DNA of 62,383 nt from an uncultured Collinsella sp. (GTDB lineage Bacteria > Actinomycetota > Coriobacteriia > Coriobacteriales > Coriobacteriaceae). The stretch lies in NCBI GenBank assembly GCA_905207015.1, contig CAJLJQ010000001.1, forward strand, positions 1-62,383, in the 5' to 3' direction. A program made the translations under genes and the position numbers. Positions 19,559 through 29,285 of this stretch are shown here, piece by piece; position 1 is the stretch's first letter, and each line of letters begins with the position of its first letter. Under the pieces are notes generated by a model. The model saw nothing but the letters and a program-made list of their open reading frames with translations, had not been told where the DNA came from and did not search any database.

Positions 19559-20230
19559 CTAGACCGAATAGCCCTGGCCGCGATGCGTGGTCAGATACCC
19601 CTTGACGCCGATCTTGTCGAGCGTGGTGCGCAGGCGGTTGATGTTGACGGTGAGCGTGTTGTCGTCCACGAAGGCATCGGAGTCCCACAGGTCCTGCATG
19701 ATGGCCGAGCGCGAGACAATCTTGCCCGCGCGGCTCAGGAGCAAAGAGAGGATGCGCAGCTCGTTTTTGGTGAGCTCGGTGCTGTCGCCGGTTGCCGCGT
19801 TGGTGACCGCGGAGCGGGCGAGGTCGAGCTCCAATCCCTTGTGGACGAGCGTGCTGCGCTCGCCTGCCGCCGCGGTGCGACGCAGCAGTGCGTTGATGCG
19901 CGCCACGAGCACGCGCGCGCTATAGGGCTTGGGAACAAAGTCGTCCGCGCCGAGCGTCATGGACATGACCTCGTCGATCTCGGTCGTGCGCGACGTGAGG
20001 ACGATGATGGGGACCTCGGATTCGCGACGAACCTCGTGGCAGATGTGCTGACCGTCTTTGACGGGAAGCGTCAGGTCGAGCAGCACCAGGTCGGGCGCGG
20101 CAGCGAGAATATCGCGCGAGACGTGCTCGAACGACTCACAGGCCTCGACCTCAAAACCGGCACGGGCAAGGATGTCGGCAAGCTCGCGACGAATGGGCTC
20201 GTCGTCCTCAACGATATAGATCAGCGCCAT
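19559..20230 (-). CDS. OmpR-family response regulator (BceR/GraR-like)
   Basis: IVEDD, LLDLTLP, GADDF..KP, ELTKNE, FVDDNTLTVNINRLR. Confidence 0.92.
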   Translation of the reverse strand: MALIYIVEDDEPIRRELADILARAGFEVEACESFEHVSRDILAAAPDLVLLDLTLPVKDGQHICHEVRRESEVPIIVLTSRTTEIDEVMSMTLGADDFVPKPYSARVLVARINALLRRTAAAGERSTLVHKGLELDLARSAVTNAATGDSTELTKNELRILSLLLSRAGKIVSRSAIMQDLWDSDAFVDDNTLTVNINRLRTTLDKIGVKGYLTTHRGQGYSV

Positions 20231-20407
20231 GGATTCCGCTCCCCTCCTGGTTGTCTTATCCCATTATGACCGCGAAGCCGCAGGTACGCGCCCCACGCGG
20301 CACCAAGGTGACAGAACTGTTCGCGAACGAAAGCGTTCGAATCGCCCCTCGCTCGCAGCGGGCGCGGGGATCAAATGATTAAATAATCCCCGTCCCAGAA
20401 AAATCAT

Positions 20408-21121
20408 TTAGCGGCGGGCGCGAAGCTTTTCGTAGCCGTCGGCGAAGAAGGCGACCGTCGCGGCGTCAGCCTCGGCGGTGCCCGTCTCGGCAGCGGGGAC
20501 CACGCCGTGCTCGTCGCTCACCAGGAACAGCGCGCCCTTGAGCTGTGCGGGGATGTCCACGCGCGTGACCGGGATGCCCTTGGTCTGGGCCAGCTGCTCA
20601 ATGAGCGTCGCCGTGCCGCACAGGCACTCGTCCGCCGGCGCCACAAAGGCAAGCTCGCCGTCGTCGACGGCAGCAAGCAGCTCGGGCGCCACGCCGGTTT
20701 CGTCGGCCTCGGAGCGGGCCTCGGCGGAGCGGGCGCGCAGCGCCTTGGCCGACGTGTCGGCCAGCGGCTCGTACTCCCCCACCGTCATGGCGGCGTTGCC
20801 GTTGATGTCGATCACCAGCATAAGCACGCCGTCGTGCGCGGTGTAATCGCCCTCGGCAAGCGACCACTCAACGTGCTGTTTGGCCCAGCTGAGCATGTTA
20901 TGGGTAAGCGGTTCGCCCTGCACCAGACGCTCGGACAGCGCACGGATGTGACGGTTGAGCATGGGCACCTTTTTGTTGGACATGCGCCAACGGCAGACAA
21001 GCGCGGGCTTGTCGAGCGTGAACTTCTCGACCGCCTCCTGATTGGCGCAAAAGTCCTCGTACGCACGCTGATCCTCGGCATTGCCAAACAGCTCGGCATC
21101 ATCAATCTGGGGCATGGTCAT
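20408..21121 (-). CDS. Hypothetical protein, possibly degenerate aminotransferase class IV fold
   Basis: Intact ORF with GAAAGG RBS; RHIRAL, L.GT and LFLVSD..GVVP resemble class IV PLP enzymes. Confidence 0.6.
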   Translation of the reverse strand: MTMPQIDDAELFGNAEDQRAYEDFCANQEAVEKFTLDKPALVCRWRMSNKKVPMLNRHIRALSERLVQGEPLTHNMLSWAKQHVEWSLAEGDYTAHDGVLMLVIDINGNAAMTVGEYEPLADTSAKALRARSAEARSEADETGVAPELLAAVDDGELAFVAPADECLCGTATLIEQLAQTKGIPVTRVDIPAQLKGALFLVSDEHGVVPAAETGTAEADAATVAFFADGYEKLRARR

Positions 21122-21155
21122 ACCTTTCGTGTTAGTCATTCCGTCCTCTTATACC

Positions 21156-21191
21156 AAAAAGACGGCCCTCCAAACGGAGCGGCCGTCTTTT
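21156..21191. terminator. Intrinsic terminator downstream of purH
   Basis: AAAAGACGGCC.CTCC...GGAG.GGCCGTCTTTT. Confidence 0.75.
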
Positions 21192-21261
21192 GCAGAGATT
21201 ATTTTAGAAACGAGGCCAATCCAAGGGATGAGATAACATCCCATCCTCCCCAGTCAACCTA

Positions 21262-21377
21262 ACAGGTCGGCGAGGGTTGCCCAGGTGCCGCAGATTGCCG
21301 TGAAAGAGGAGCGACGCGTACTTGGGTACGCGAGCGACGAATGAACGGCAAGGTGCGGTGGCTGGGCAAGCCGCAGC
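21262..21377. repeat. ~116-nt structured dispersed repeat, copy 1
   Basis: Highly similar to 48056-48172; folds into a long stem with terminal CGCGTAC-loop-GTACGCG hairpin. Confidence 0.85.
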
Positions 21378-21390
21378 GCCGCTTCCCTGC

Positions 21391-22998
21391 TTAGTGGCGG
21401 AAGTGGCGGGCGCCCGTAAAGACCATAGCAATATTGTGCTCGTTGCAGGCCTGGATGCTCTCGTCGTCGCGCTTGGAGCCGCCGGGCTGAATGATGCAGG
21501 TCACGCCGTGCGCGGCAAGCACGTCGACGTTGTCGCGGAACGGGAAGAACGCGTCGCTTGCGCAAGCAAAGCCGCCCTTCTCCACGCCCTCGCGCTCGCA
21601 GAAGTCCTCGGCACGCTCGCAGGCCAGCAACGCGGAATCCACGCGGTTGGGCTGGCCGGGGCCCATGCCAATGCCGGCCTTGCCCTTAGAGACCAGGATG
21701 GCGTTGGACTTGACGCCCTTGCAGACCTTCCAGGCAAACTCGAGCTCGGACATCTCGGCGTCGGTGGGCTTGCGGTCGGTGGGGAACGTAAAGGTCGCGG
21801 GATCCTCGGTCACGTGGTCGACCTCCTGCACCAGCATGCCGCCGTCGATGGAGCGCAGCTCCACCTGGGCGCCGTGGTCCACGCCGCCGGTCGCCAGCAC
21901 GCGCAGGTTGGGGCGCTTGGCCATGCGCTCGAGCGCCTCGGCAGTGTAGCTCGGGGCGATGATAACCTCGACGAACTGCTTGTTCTGGTCGGCGAAATGC
22001 TCAACCAGCTCATAGGGTACCTCGCGGTTGCAGGCGATGATGCCACCGAAGGCGCTCTTGGGATCGCAGGCGAAGGCGCGGTCGTAGGCAGCCGTGATGT
22101 CCTCGGCAACGGCGGAGCCGCAGGGGTTCTGATGCTTGAGGATCACGCAGGCCGGCTCGTCGAACTCTCGGACCAGGTTCCAGGCGGCATCGGCGTCCAG
22201 ATAGTTGTTGTAGCTGAGCGGCTTGCCCTGGATCTGCTCGGAGCCCACAAGCGGGAACTGAGAGCTCGCGGTGTTCTCGCAGCCCTCGGCAAAGCGATAG
22301 ACCGTGGCCTTCTGCTGCGGGTTCTCGCCGTAGCGCAGGTCGTCGACCTTCTCCAGCGAGATCTCGAGCTTGGCAGAGGTGTCCGCCACGTCGCTTGCCT
22401 GGGCGGCGAGCCAACGGGAGATAGCCGTGTCGTAGGCGGCGGTAGTCTGGTAGACCTTCACCTGCAGGCGACGACGGGTGGAAAGCGTGGTGCAACCGCC
22501 GGTCTCGCGCATCTCGGCAAGGACGGCGTCGTAGTCGGCCGGGTCGGAGATGACGGTAACGCTCGCGGCGTTCTTGGCGGCAGAGCGCAGCATGGAGGGG
22601 CCACCGATGTCGATGTGCTCGATGGCATCCGCAAAGGTGACCTCGGGGTTGGCAACGGTCTTCTCGAACTCGTACAGGTTGACGACGACCAGGTCGATCA
22701 GCTTAATGCCGTGCTGAGCGGCTTCCTGCATGTGCTGCTCGGAATCGCGACGGGCAAGCAGCGCGCCGTGAACCTTGGGATGCAGCGTCTTGACGCGGCC
22801 GTCCATCATCTCGGGATAGCCCGTAAACTCCTCGATGGGGGTTACGGGAACGCCCGCGTCCTCGATGGCACGAGCCGTGCCGCCCGTAGAGATGATCTCG
22901 ACGCCAAAGTCGTCAACCAGCGTCCGTGCGAAATCGACGACGCCCGTCTTATCGGTAACCGAGATCAACGCGCGTGCGATCTTCACATCAGATCCCAT
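21391..22998 (-). CDS. purH: Bifunctional AICAR transformylase / IMP cyclohydrolase
   Basis: [61 protein letters not shown]. Confidence 0.97.
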   Translation of the reverse strand: MGSDVKIARALISVTDKTGVVDFARTLVDDFGVEIISTGGTARAIEDAGVPVTPIEEFTGYPEMMDGRVKTLHPKVHGALLARRDSEQHMQEAAQHGIKLIDLVVVNLYEFEKTVANPEVTFADAIEHIDIGGPSMLRSAAKNAASVTVISDPADYDAVLAEMRETGGCTTLSTRRRLQVKVYQTTAAYDTAISRWLAAQASDVADTSAKLEISLEKVDDLRYGENPQQKATVYRFAEGCENTASSQFPLVGSEQIQGKPLSYNNYLDADAAWNLVREFDEPACVILKHQNPCGSAVAEDITAAYDRAFACDPKSAFGGIIACNREVPYELVEHFADQNKQFVEVIIAPSYTAEALERMAKRPNLRVLATGGVDHGAQVELRSIDGGMLVQEVDHVTEDPATFTFPTDRKPTDAEMSELEFAWKVCKGVKSNAILVSKGKAGIGMGPGQPNRVDSALLACERAEDFCEREGVEKGGFACASDAFFPFRDNVDVLAAHGVTCIIQPGGSKRDDESIQACNEHNIAMVFTGARHFRH

Positions 22999-23275
22999 GC
23001 AGTCCTCCTGTCTGGTACGCCGCCGTGCTCTGTGAGTCGGTGATACGTCGATCTGCAGCGCTCGCGCAGCGGCATTGAAAATACTGATTTAATGTAGCGC
23101 ATCGAGCGCATCGATGCACCCCGCAACGCACGGCTGTGCAGAAAAAGTTTGCGAGCGGAGGGGATGGACACGGCATCGGGCACGGTGAGTTCATGGAACA
23201 CAGGGGCACCATAATTAGATGCCAATAGCGTGGTAGAACTGTGCTCGATATGCATCCGCAAAAGAAAGAGGCACC

Positions 23276-23917
23276 ATGGTCTCGCGGGTTCTCTACCGAC
23301 CGTTTGATACCGAAGACTTCGACGCCATCGCGCTGATTCTGCAGCAGCTTTGGCACAACAATTCGGATAACGATGAGTACAACCGCCTCGAGGCCGCGTG
23401 CGACCTTGCCTACTGCCTTTCGTCCTCGACGTTTTCGCAGGTTGCCGTAATCGACGGTCAGGCGCGTGGCATTGCGCTCGCGCGTGCGGGACAGAGCTCC
23501 GGCGCCACCGTCAAGGAACATTGGATGGATACCGAACGCGCGCTGCTATCGCAGATGCGCGAGCTGGAGCCCGATGTCTGCGCCGAGTACCTCTCATTTG
23601 TGCGCGCAACCATCCGAACCAACAACCGCCTGCTCGAGAGCAGCCCGTTGCCGCACGACAACGAGGTCACGCTGCTTGCCGTTGATCGAGATGTCCACGG
23701 CCTGGGCGTTGGCTCGGTGTTGCTCGATGCCGCGGTCTCGTACCTTTCCTCGCGCGGGGCGACAAGGGCGCACCTGTACACCGACTCCAACTGCTCTTGG
23801 AAGTTTTACGAGCTGCACGGCTTTAAGCGCGCGGCCACGCACCGCGCCAACCGCGAGGAACGCCGCCACGCCATGCCGCGCGAAAGCTTCCTCTACGAGC
23901 TGGACCTAACCGTCTAG
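23276..23917 (+). CDS. GNAT family N-acetyltransferase
   Basis: Acetyl-CoA motif V....HGLGVGS.LL, LYTD..C...FY...GF. Confidence 0.85.
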   Translation: MVSRVLYRPFDTEDFDAIALILQQLWHNNSDNDEYNRLEAACDLAYCLSSSTFSQVAVIDGQARGIALARAGQSSGATVKEHWMDTERALLSQMRELEPDVCAEYLSFVRATIRTNNRLLESSPLPHDNEVTLLAVDRDVHGLGVGSVLLDAAVSYLSSRGATRAHLYTDSNCSWKFYELHGFKRAATHRANREERRHAMPRESFLYELDLTV

Positions 23918-23934
23918 GCCCAGCAACCATACCT

Positions 23935-24001
23935 AGTCATTTAAGTCTATCCCCAATGACTGATCCCCAACGACTGGTCATTTAAGTCTGTCCCTAATGA
24001 G
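23935..24001 (+). repeat. Tandem pair (plus partial copy) of REP-like hairpins
   Basis: AGTCATT-TAAGTCTATCCCC-AATGACT and GTCATT-TAAGTCTGTCCCT-AATGA. Confidence 0.75.
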
Positions 24002-24041
24002 TGGCCTAGGGGGTTTGTAGATAGCCGTGGTCAAAATACAT

Positions 24042-24241
24042 CAAATATGAGTACTGTTACCTTTTTAGTAGCAGCGATTCGGGGCATTTTTGATGCTTAT
24101 AGGCATGACGACCAGCTGCACGAGCTGACGTAACTCCCCAAATGTTCAATAAAATGGGCTCCTAACGAGAAGTACTCTCATTAGGAGCCCATTATTATGT
24201 GCAAACATATGTGACCAACGCAGCAATAGTACTCATATTTG
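24042..24241. repeat. AT-rich ~200-bp element bounded by inverted repeats (MITE-like)
   Basis: CAAATATGAGTACT (24042) / AGTACTCATATTTG (24228); internal 13-bp hairpin at 24153-24193. Confidence 0.55.
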
Positions 24242-24369
24242 GCATTTTTTGTCCACTGCCCCTTGCGCGAAGGTCCTCAGCGGAAAGTTTGACCCGTTTC
24301 GATGCACAAAAATGGGATGAATCTTCCCTGGCAACCGCCCAGAAAGATCCACCCCAAAGCAAGCGCTCG

Positions 24370-26316
24370 CTAGAACGTTCCGCCGCCGCCTCCGCCGACG
24401 CCGCCACCGCCGCCACCGGAAAAGCCGCCGCCGCTGCCGCCGCTCGAACTATCGGAACTCGAAGCCAGCTCGCGGATGGTCTCGTGGTACACATCGTTGA
24501 ACGAATCGAGCGGGGACTCGTTGCCGTAGTGATGGTAATACCACCAGTAGCAGGGGTAGTTGTCGTAGAAATCGTCGCTGTTGCGCAGGTCCGCAGGCAC
24601 GGCCTCGGCCAGCTGTCGCAGCACTTCTTTCGAAACGCCCAGGGCAACGCCCATCACCAGCAGTTTGTTCCACAAGATCAGGTCGCTGGGAATGGCCTCC
24701 TTCAGGCGCGTAAAGTCCTCAAGCCAATGCTTGAGCGCTTTACAGCGAGCCGCCACCTCGGCGCCCTCCGGCGTGTAGCGACGGAAGGTGCAGCTCAGGA
24801 CAAAGCCCACGATCGTGACGGGGATCGAGATCATAGCGGCACCGACATTGGCATCCGCAAAGTCGGCATAGAACAGAGAGCCCAAAATGCCACAGACAAT
24901 AATGATGCCGAGAACCAAGCCGGCAACCAGGGCGATGGTGCCGTCCGAGGCGATAAGCTCGCGCGCCTCCAGCTTGCCCTTAACCGTGCTCTGATAGTCC
25001 TCGAGCTTGTCGCCAACAGATGTGGTGCGCTCGCTAGCGTACTCCTCCAGCTCGCTAAACGTGCGCGAACGGACTCCGTCCTTATCGGGCTTAACGCCGG
25101 CGAAGAAGACCTTGAGCACATCGCGATCGATGCCGTCCTTCTTGGCAGCCTTCCAGGCCTCGTCGGTCACTGTGATGCGATACGTCTGCTCCTCTTTTTC
25201 GCGACGGAGCAGACCCTTCTTCTTGGTCTCGGTCGCTTCTTCCAGCTTGATCACGCGGTCGTCGGTAAGCTTCATAAGCGTGGCGATATATGCCTGATCG
25301 GGCACCTCGTTCCAGCTCATGAGGGCCGAAAGCACGGCGGGATGGTCGGCCGAAGGCACATCGCGGAAATATTCGTCCTGGAAAAGCGGCTTGGGCTTGC
25401 GGCGGCGCAGCTTGAGCACAACGATTGTGCCGGTAAAGGCCACCGCCGCGACAACACTTAGCACGGCAAGCGCATTGGCAATCATGCGAGCGTGAGCGCG
25501 GCGAGCGTTGGCCTCGTCGGCCCATTCCTTCTCTTCGCTCAGGATCGTTGACATGCGCTCTTCGCCCGAGGCGGCAAGCTGCGGCACCCAGTCGCTGGGG
25601 AAGGCGATGCGTGCCTCGGCGAATTCGCCCTGATGCACGCAGGGAATGGTATAGGTGACCATGGGCTCGTCCTCATCGAGCGACACGTCGCCCGTCAGCG
25701 GACCGTGGCCCCATGCGCGGAAGTTATCGCCCTTGACGGCAGCCGTCCCGGCAGCGGCATTTGCGAAATACACTTCCATCTCGACGTCATCGGAATCCGC
25801 CGACCAGCCGTCACCCACAAATTTCCAGTAAAGCTCGGCGGTATCGGCCCAGTTCATAACCGCACCGGTCATGGAATAACTCACGTAGTAGATTGCGCTG
25901 TCGCCGCTCTCGTGGGGGCTGAACACCTTAATCTTTACGCCGTCGTCGGACTGTTCCACCGTGTAAACGCCGTCGTCGCCTTTGTTTGCGCTGTCAACCT
26001 TGTTAAACGCAGCGTCGTCTTCCTCGACACTCAGCACATTGACGACCACCGAGCCGCCTTGCTGGTTAGAGCCTGTATTGATATCCCAATACACGCCGTT
26101 AATGTCATCGTCGAAATCGAACTGGCGTCCCTCGACAACGGTCAGCGAGCCATCGGCCTCAACCGTGGCACCGATATAGGTTTGGCTCATGGAGTAGCCG
26201 TCGGCGTGCGCGACGGCAGGCAGCAGCAACAACGCAAGCGCGACGAGTGCGCAGACGGAAGCGAACCGCGCAAACCGGCGGCGCTGCCGACAGGGCTGGG
26301 CAACGGGGGCGTTCAT
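24370..26316 (-). CDS. DUF2207 family membrane protein
   Basis: Signal peptide, DTAELYWKFVG, WGHGPL.G, TM helices, LWNKLLV.GVALGV, Gly/Ser-rich C-terminus. Confidence 0.88.
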   Translation of the reverse strand: MNAPVAQPCRQRRRFARFASVCALVALALLLLPAVAHADGYSMSQTYIGATVEADGSLTVVEGRQFDFDDDINGVYWDINTGSNQQGGSVVVNVLSVEEDDAAFNKVDSANKGDDGVYTVEQSDDGVKIKVFSPHESGDSAIYYVSYSMTGAVMNWADTAELYWKFVGDGWSADSDDVEMEVYFANAAAGTAAVKGDNFRAWGHGPLTGDVSLDEDEPMVTYTIPCVHQGEFAEARIAFPSDWVPQLAASGEERMSTILSEEKEWADEANARRAHARMIANALAVLSVVAAVAFTGTIVVLKLRRRKPKPLFQDEYFRDVPSADHPAVLSALMSWNEVPDQAYIATLMKLTDDRVIKLEEATETKKKGLLRREKEEQTYRITVTDEAWKAAKKDGIDRDVLKVFFAGVKPDKDGVRSRTFSELEEYASERTTSVGDKLEDYQSTVKGKLEARELIASDGTIALVAGLVLGIIIVCGILGSLFYADFADANVGAAMISIPVTIVGFVLSCTFRRYTPEGAEVAARCKALKHWLEDFTRLKEAIPSDLILWNKLLVMGVALGVSKEVLRQLAEAVPADLRNSDDFYDNYPCYWWYYHHYGNESPLDSFNDVYHETIRELASSSDSSSGGSGGGFSGGGGGGVGGGGGGTF

Positions 26317-26652
26317 AGGCACATCCTTTGTCTGTGGTACCAGTAGCGTCATTGTCCCACGTTTGCGGGTTCATGTGACGAACATCTAGGTCAGCGGAGC
26401 GTCAAAACGGGACAAAAGTCACGCCCGCCGCCGGCACCTGGTGACGTTCCTTATCTGCCGGTAATCTGGAACACTCCTTGGCATAGCCCGCTCCGGCAAT
26501 AGATACCACTTCATAGCTCCATCACAGGTGTAGCGGCTTTGTGTGGGTGCGGCATGCGCTGATTGAGCCGCCAGTTGAGGGGCATAAAGCAGTTGAGCGA
26601 AAACGGTTTGCCCCTTTGCCGTCCGCTTGAGGATCATGTCCCCCTTTTCCGC

Positions 26653-26698
26653 GGAAACCCCGGCAGTTGCGAAGAGCTGCCGGGGTTTCTGTCGTTTG
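26653..26698 (+). terminator. Strong hairpin, probable terminator of a + strand transcript
   Basis: GAAACCCCGGCAG...CTGCCGGGGTTTC followed by TGTCGTTT. Confidence 0.55.
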
Positions 26699-26825
26699 AG
26701 GGCTAGATTGATTGACGACGATTAAGGCGCCGAGCCGGTGGTCCGGCACGCGCAACGTGTGGCCTCAGCAACTTGCAGGCCACGGCAGCGTCTCCCCCAC
26801 CGCGCCCCGCGCTATACTCGTCCGC

Positions 26826-27830
26826 ATGGACATCAACGCACGCAACATAGCAACAACCGCCGCCGACGCGCCAACGACGCCGGCCGCTCCCGCGCCCGTC
26901 GTGGGGCGCTTCGCCCCGTCGCCCTCGGGCCGTATGCACCTGGGCAACGTGTTCAGCTGCCTGTGCGCATGGCTTTCGGCCCGCAGCCAGGGCGGCAGCA
27001 TCGTGTTACGCATTGAGGACCTGGACGATCGCTGCAAGCGCCCGGAACTTGCCGCCCAATTGATTGACGACCTGGCCTGGCTGGGGCTGGAGTGGGACGA
27101 AGGCCCCTACTACCAGCACGACCGCCTAGACCTGTACGAGAGCGCCTTGCGCCGGCTGAAAGACGCCGGCCTCACCTATCCCTGCTTTTGCACACGCGCC
27201 GAGCTCCACGCCGCGAGCGCACCGCACGCGAGCGACGGCACGCCCATCTACCGTGGCGCCTGCCGAAGTCTTTCGGCCGAGGAGGTGGCCCGCCGCAGCG
27301 CCCTGCGCGCCCCGGCCACACGTCTGCGCGTGCCCACCGTCGACGACCTCGCAGACGACGTGATCGAATTTGTGGATCGCACGTACGGCGCCCAATGCGA
27401 GGCACTCGCCACCGAGTGCGGCGACTTTTTGGTGCGCCGCAGCGACGGCGTGTTTGCCTATCAGCTAGCCGTGGTGGTCGACGACGCTGCCATGGGCGTC
27501 ACCGAGGTCGTGCGCGGATGCGACCTGCTGGGGTCCACGCCGCGCCAGATCTATCTGCAGCACCTGTTGGGACTGCCCACGCCGCACTACGCACATATTC
27601 CGCTGCTCATGGCACCGGACGGCCGCCGCCTTTCCAAACGAGACCGCGATCTGGACCTGGGCGAACTCCGCGCCCGCTTCGGCACGCCCGAAACGCTGCT
27701 GGGCTGGCTCGCCGGGCAAACGGGCATCGCGCCGGACACCACGCCGCGCTCTGCCGAGCGGCTGGTCGAGCACTTTAGCTGGGATGTTATCCGCAAGCAC
27801 AGGGAGAACATCACTGTAACGGCCGAGTAG
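26826..27830 (+). CDS. gluQ: Glutamyl-Q tRNA(Asp) synthetase
   Basis: GRFAPSPSG.MHLGN, LRIEDLD, YPCFCTR, YQLAVVVDD, VVRG.DL, RLSKR; no anticodon-binding domain. TATACT 7 nt before ATG suggests a leaderless mRNA. Confidence 0.92.
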   Translation: MDINARNIATTAADAPTTPAAPAPVVGRFAPSPSGRMHLGNVFSCLCAWLSARSQGGSIVLRIEDLDDRCKRPELAAQLIDDLAWLGLEWDEGPYYQHDRLDLYESALRRLKDAGLTYPCFCTRAELHAASAPHASDGTPIYRGACRSLSAEEVARRSALRAPATRLRVPTVDDLADDVIEFVDRTYGAQCEALATECGDFLVRRSDGVFAYQLAVVVDDAAMGVTEVVRGCDLLGSTPRQIYLQHLLGLPTPHYAHIPLLMAPDGRRLSKRDRDLDLGELRARFGTPETLLGWLAGQTGIAPDTTPRSAERLVEHFSWDVIRKHRENITVTAE

Positions 27831-27847
27831 CCAAATACGCCCCACCC

Positions 27848-28573
27848 CTACGCAACATCCCAAGGCTGGAGTTCGTCGCCCAGGCGAACGATGCAGTCGT
27901 AGAGCACGGTATGGCGCTCGGTCGGGTTGGCATCCCGATGAAAATGCCCGTAGTACCAGCGCTTGTAGTCCAAGCGGTCTTCCAACTCGTCAAAAAATGC
28001 CGTAAGTCGATCGACGGCGGGGCAATTCCAGCCGGGCGCCGGATAGAGCGTGGGCGAAAGCATACGCGTAGAGCAGGTGTGGGTGACCACGTAGTCGACC
28101 TTCCAGCCCACGCTGTCGAGCTTCGTCCGTGCCTCCTCAAAGTTGCGCTCGTCCGGCAACTCCTGCGGCCACCAGCTGGAATACGGAATGCGGTATTCCT
28201 TGTCCACGCTCGTGGCGCCGCCCATGGTAAAGACCGTTGAGCCGTCGAGTTCAAAAACCTCGCCGCGCGTCAGGCGCCGTATGGGCGAGGTGTCCGACAG
28301 GCGCTGTGTCAGTCCGCCGTGCCACAACTCCATGGGTCGCTCCGCCCAGTGGTCGAAACGTTCGTGGTTGCCGTCGACGAACAGCACGGTATAGGGGCGC
28401 GACTCCAGCCAAGCGATGTCGGCGCACTCCTCGGCAGAGAAATCCCACGGAAAGCCAAAGTCGCCGGCAATGATGAGATAGTCGTCGCTCGTCAGGCTTT
28501 CCCCAAGATCCCAATCGCGCAGCTTTTGCATGTCGAGGCCGCCGTGAATATCGCCCGTCACATAGACCGTCAT
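27848..28573 (-). CDS. Calcineurin-like metallophosphoesterase
   Basis: GDIHG, GDFG, DGNHE, GGA.S.D, THT, GHFH. Confidence 0.9.
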   Translation of the reverse strand: MTVYVTGDIHGGLDMQKLRDWDLGESLTSDDYLIIAGDFGFPWDFSAEECADIAWLESRPYTVLFVDGNHERFDHWAERPMELWHGGLTQRLSDTSPIRRLTRGEVFELDGSTVFTMGGATSVDKEYRIPYSSWWPQELPDERNFEEARTKLDSVGWKVDYVVTHTCSTRMLSPTLYPAPGWNCPAVDRLTAFFDELEDRLDYKRWYYGHFHRDANPTERHTVLYDCIVRLGDELQPWDVA

Positions 28574-28658
28574 CGGATCACCACTTCCCTGTAAGTCGCT
28601 AGCCCACATTCTGCACGATCACTAAGCCAACCGTTCCAGCCCTTCCATCCTTTAGGAC

Positions 28659-28898
28659 CTACCCCTCGCTCTTCCATCCAAACGGGTCAAGCACCCAAAA
28701 AACCAGATCGAGCACGCCGCTGGTCATCATGGCACCGGCAAGGGCCATGCAAACATGCAGAGAACTGGCACTTCGGAGCACGTCAAATGGCCCCAGAACA
28801 GCCAGCAGCGCGACCGCTACGCCGGCCGCGCACAGCACAAGACACGGCCCTGCGTCCTTAACGCACTTCTTTGCGAGATGCTTTGCGTTGTCACTCAT
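28659..28898 (-). CDS. Small two-TM hypothetical membrane protein
   Basis: AAGGAG RBS before ATG 28898; two hydrophobic stretches. Confidence 0.6.
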   Translation of the reverse strand: MSDNAKHLAKKCVKDAGPCLVLCAAGVAVALLAVLGPFDVLRSASSLHVCMALAGAMMTSGVLDLVFWVLDPFGWKSEG

Positions 28899-29285
28899 CG
28901 ATATCGAACTCCTTAGAGGGTCGTTGTTCAGATGCATGCCGCCGCGGCGGAGCATGGTGGCAGGGTAAGTGTCACATATCGTGCGGACACAAAATACCGA
29001 TCACCACCGCTTACCTACCGTTCACGTAGAAGGGACCCGATTTATATGCCCACAGATCTTGATCTCTTCCTCGGTCAGCGAGATCCTTCGATCAAGCTTC
29101 CTGGATAGGGGCTGGAAGATGAGACGGATGTCTCTAGGCACAACACCATAACGCCCGATCACCGTTATGGCTTTCGTCTAGAGCTGGGAGACCAGCTTTT
29201 TTGTTAGCGATGCTCCCTTTCAATCTCCGGCACTCCAAGAGCGCAGGCCTGTTGTTTTGACTACTTTAGACGAAAGGGTTTCGCT

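Noticed and set aside
22999..23270. Possible ZMP/ZTP (pfl) riboswitch upstream of purH
   Set aside because: Conserved elements (GACTGGCG..., GCC...CGCCTGGGC) were not found on the minus strand.
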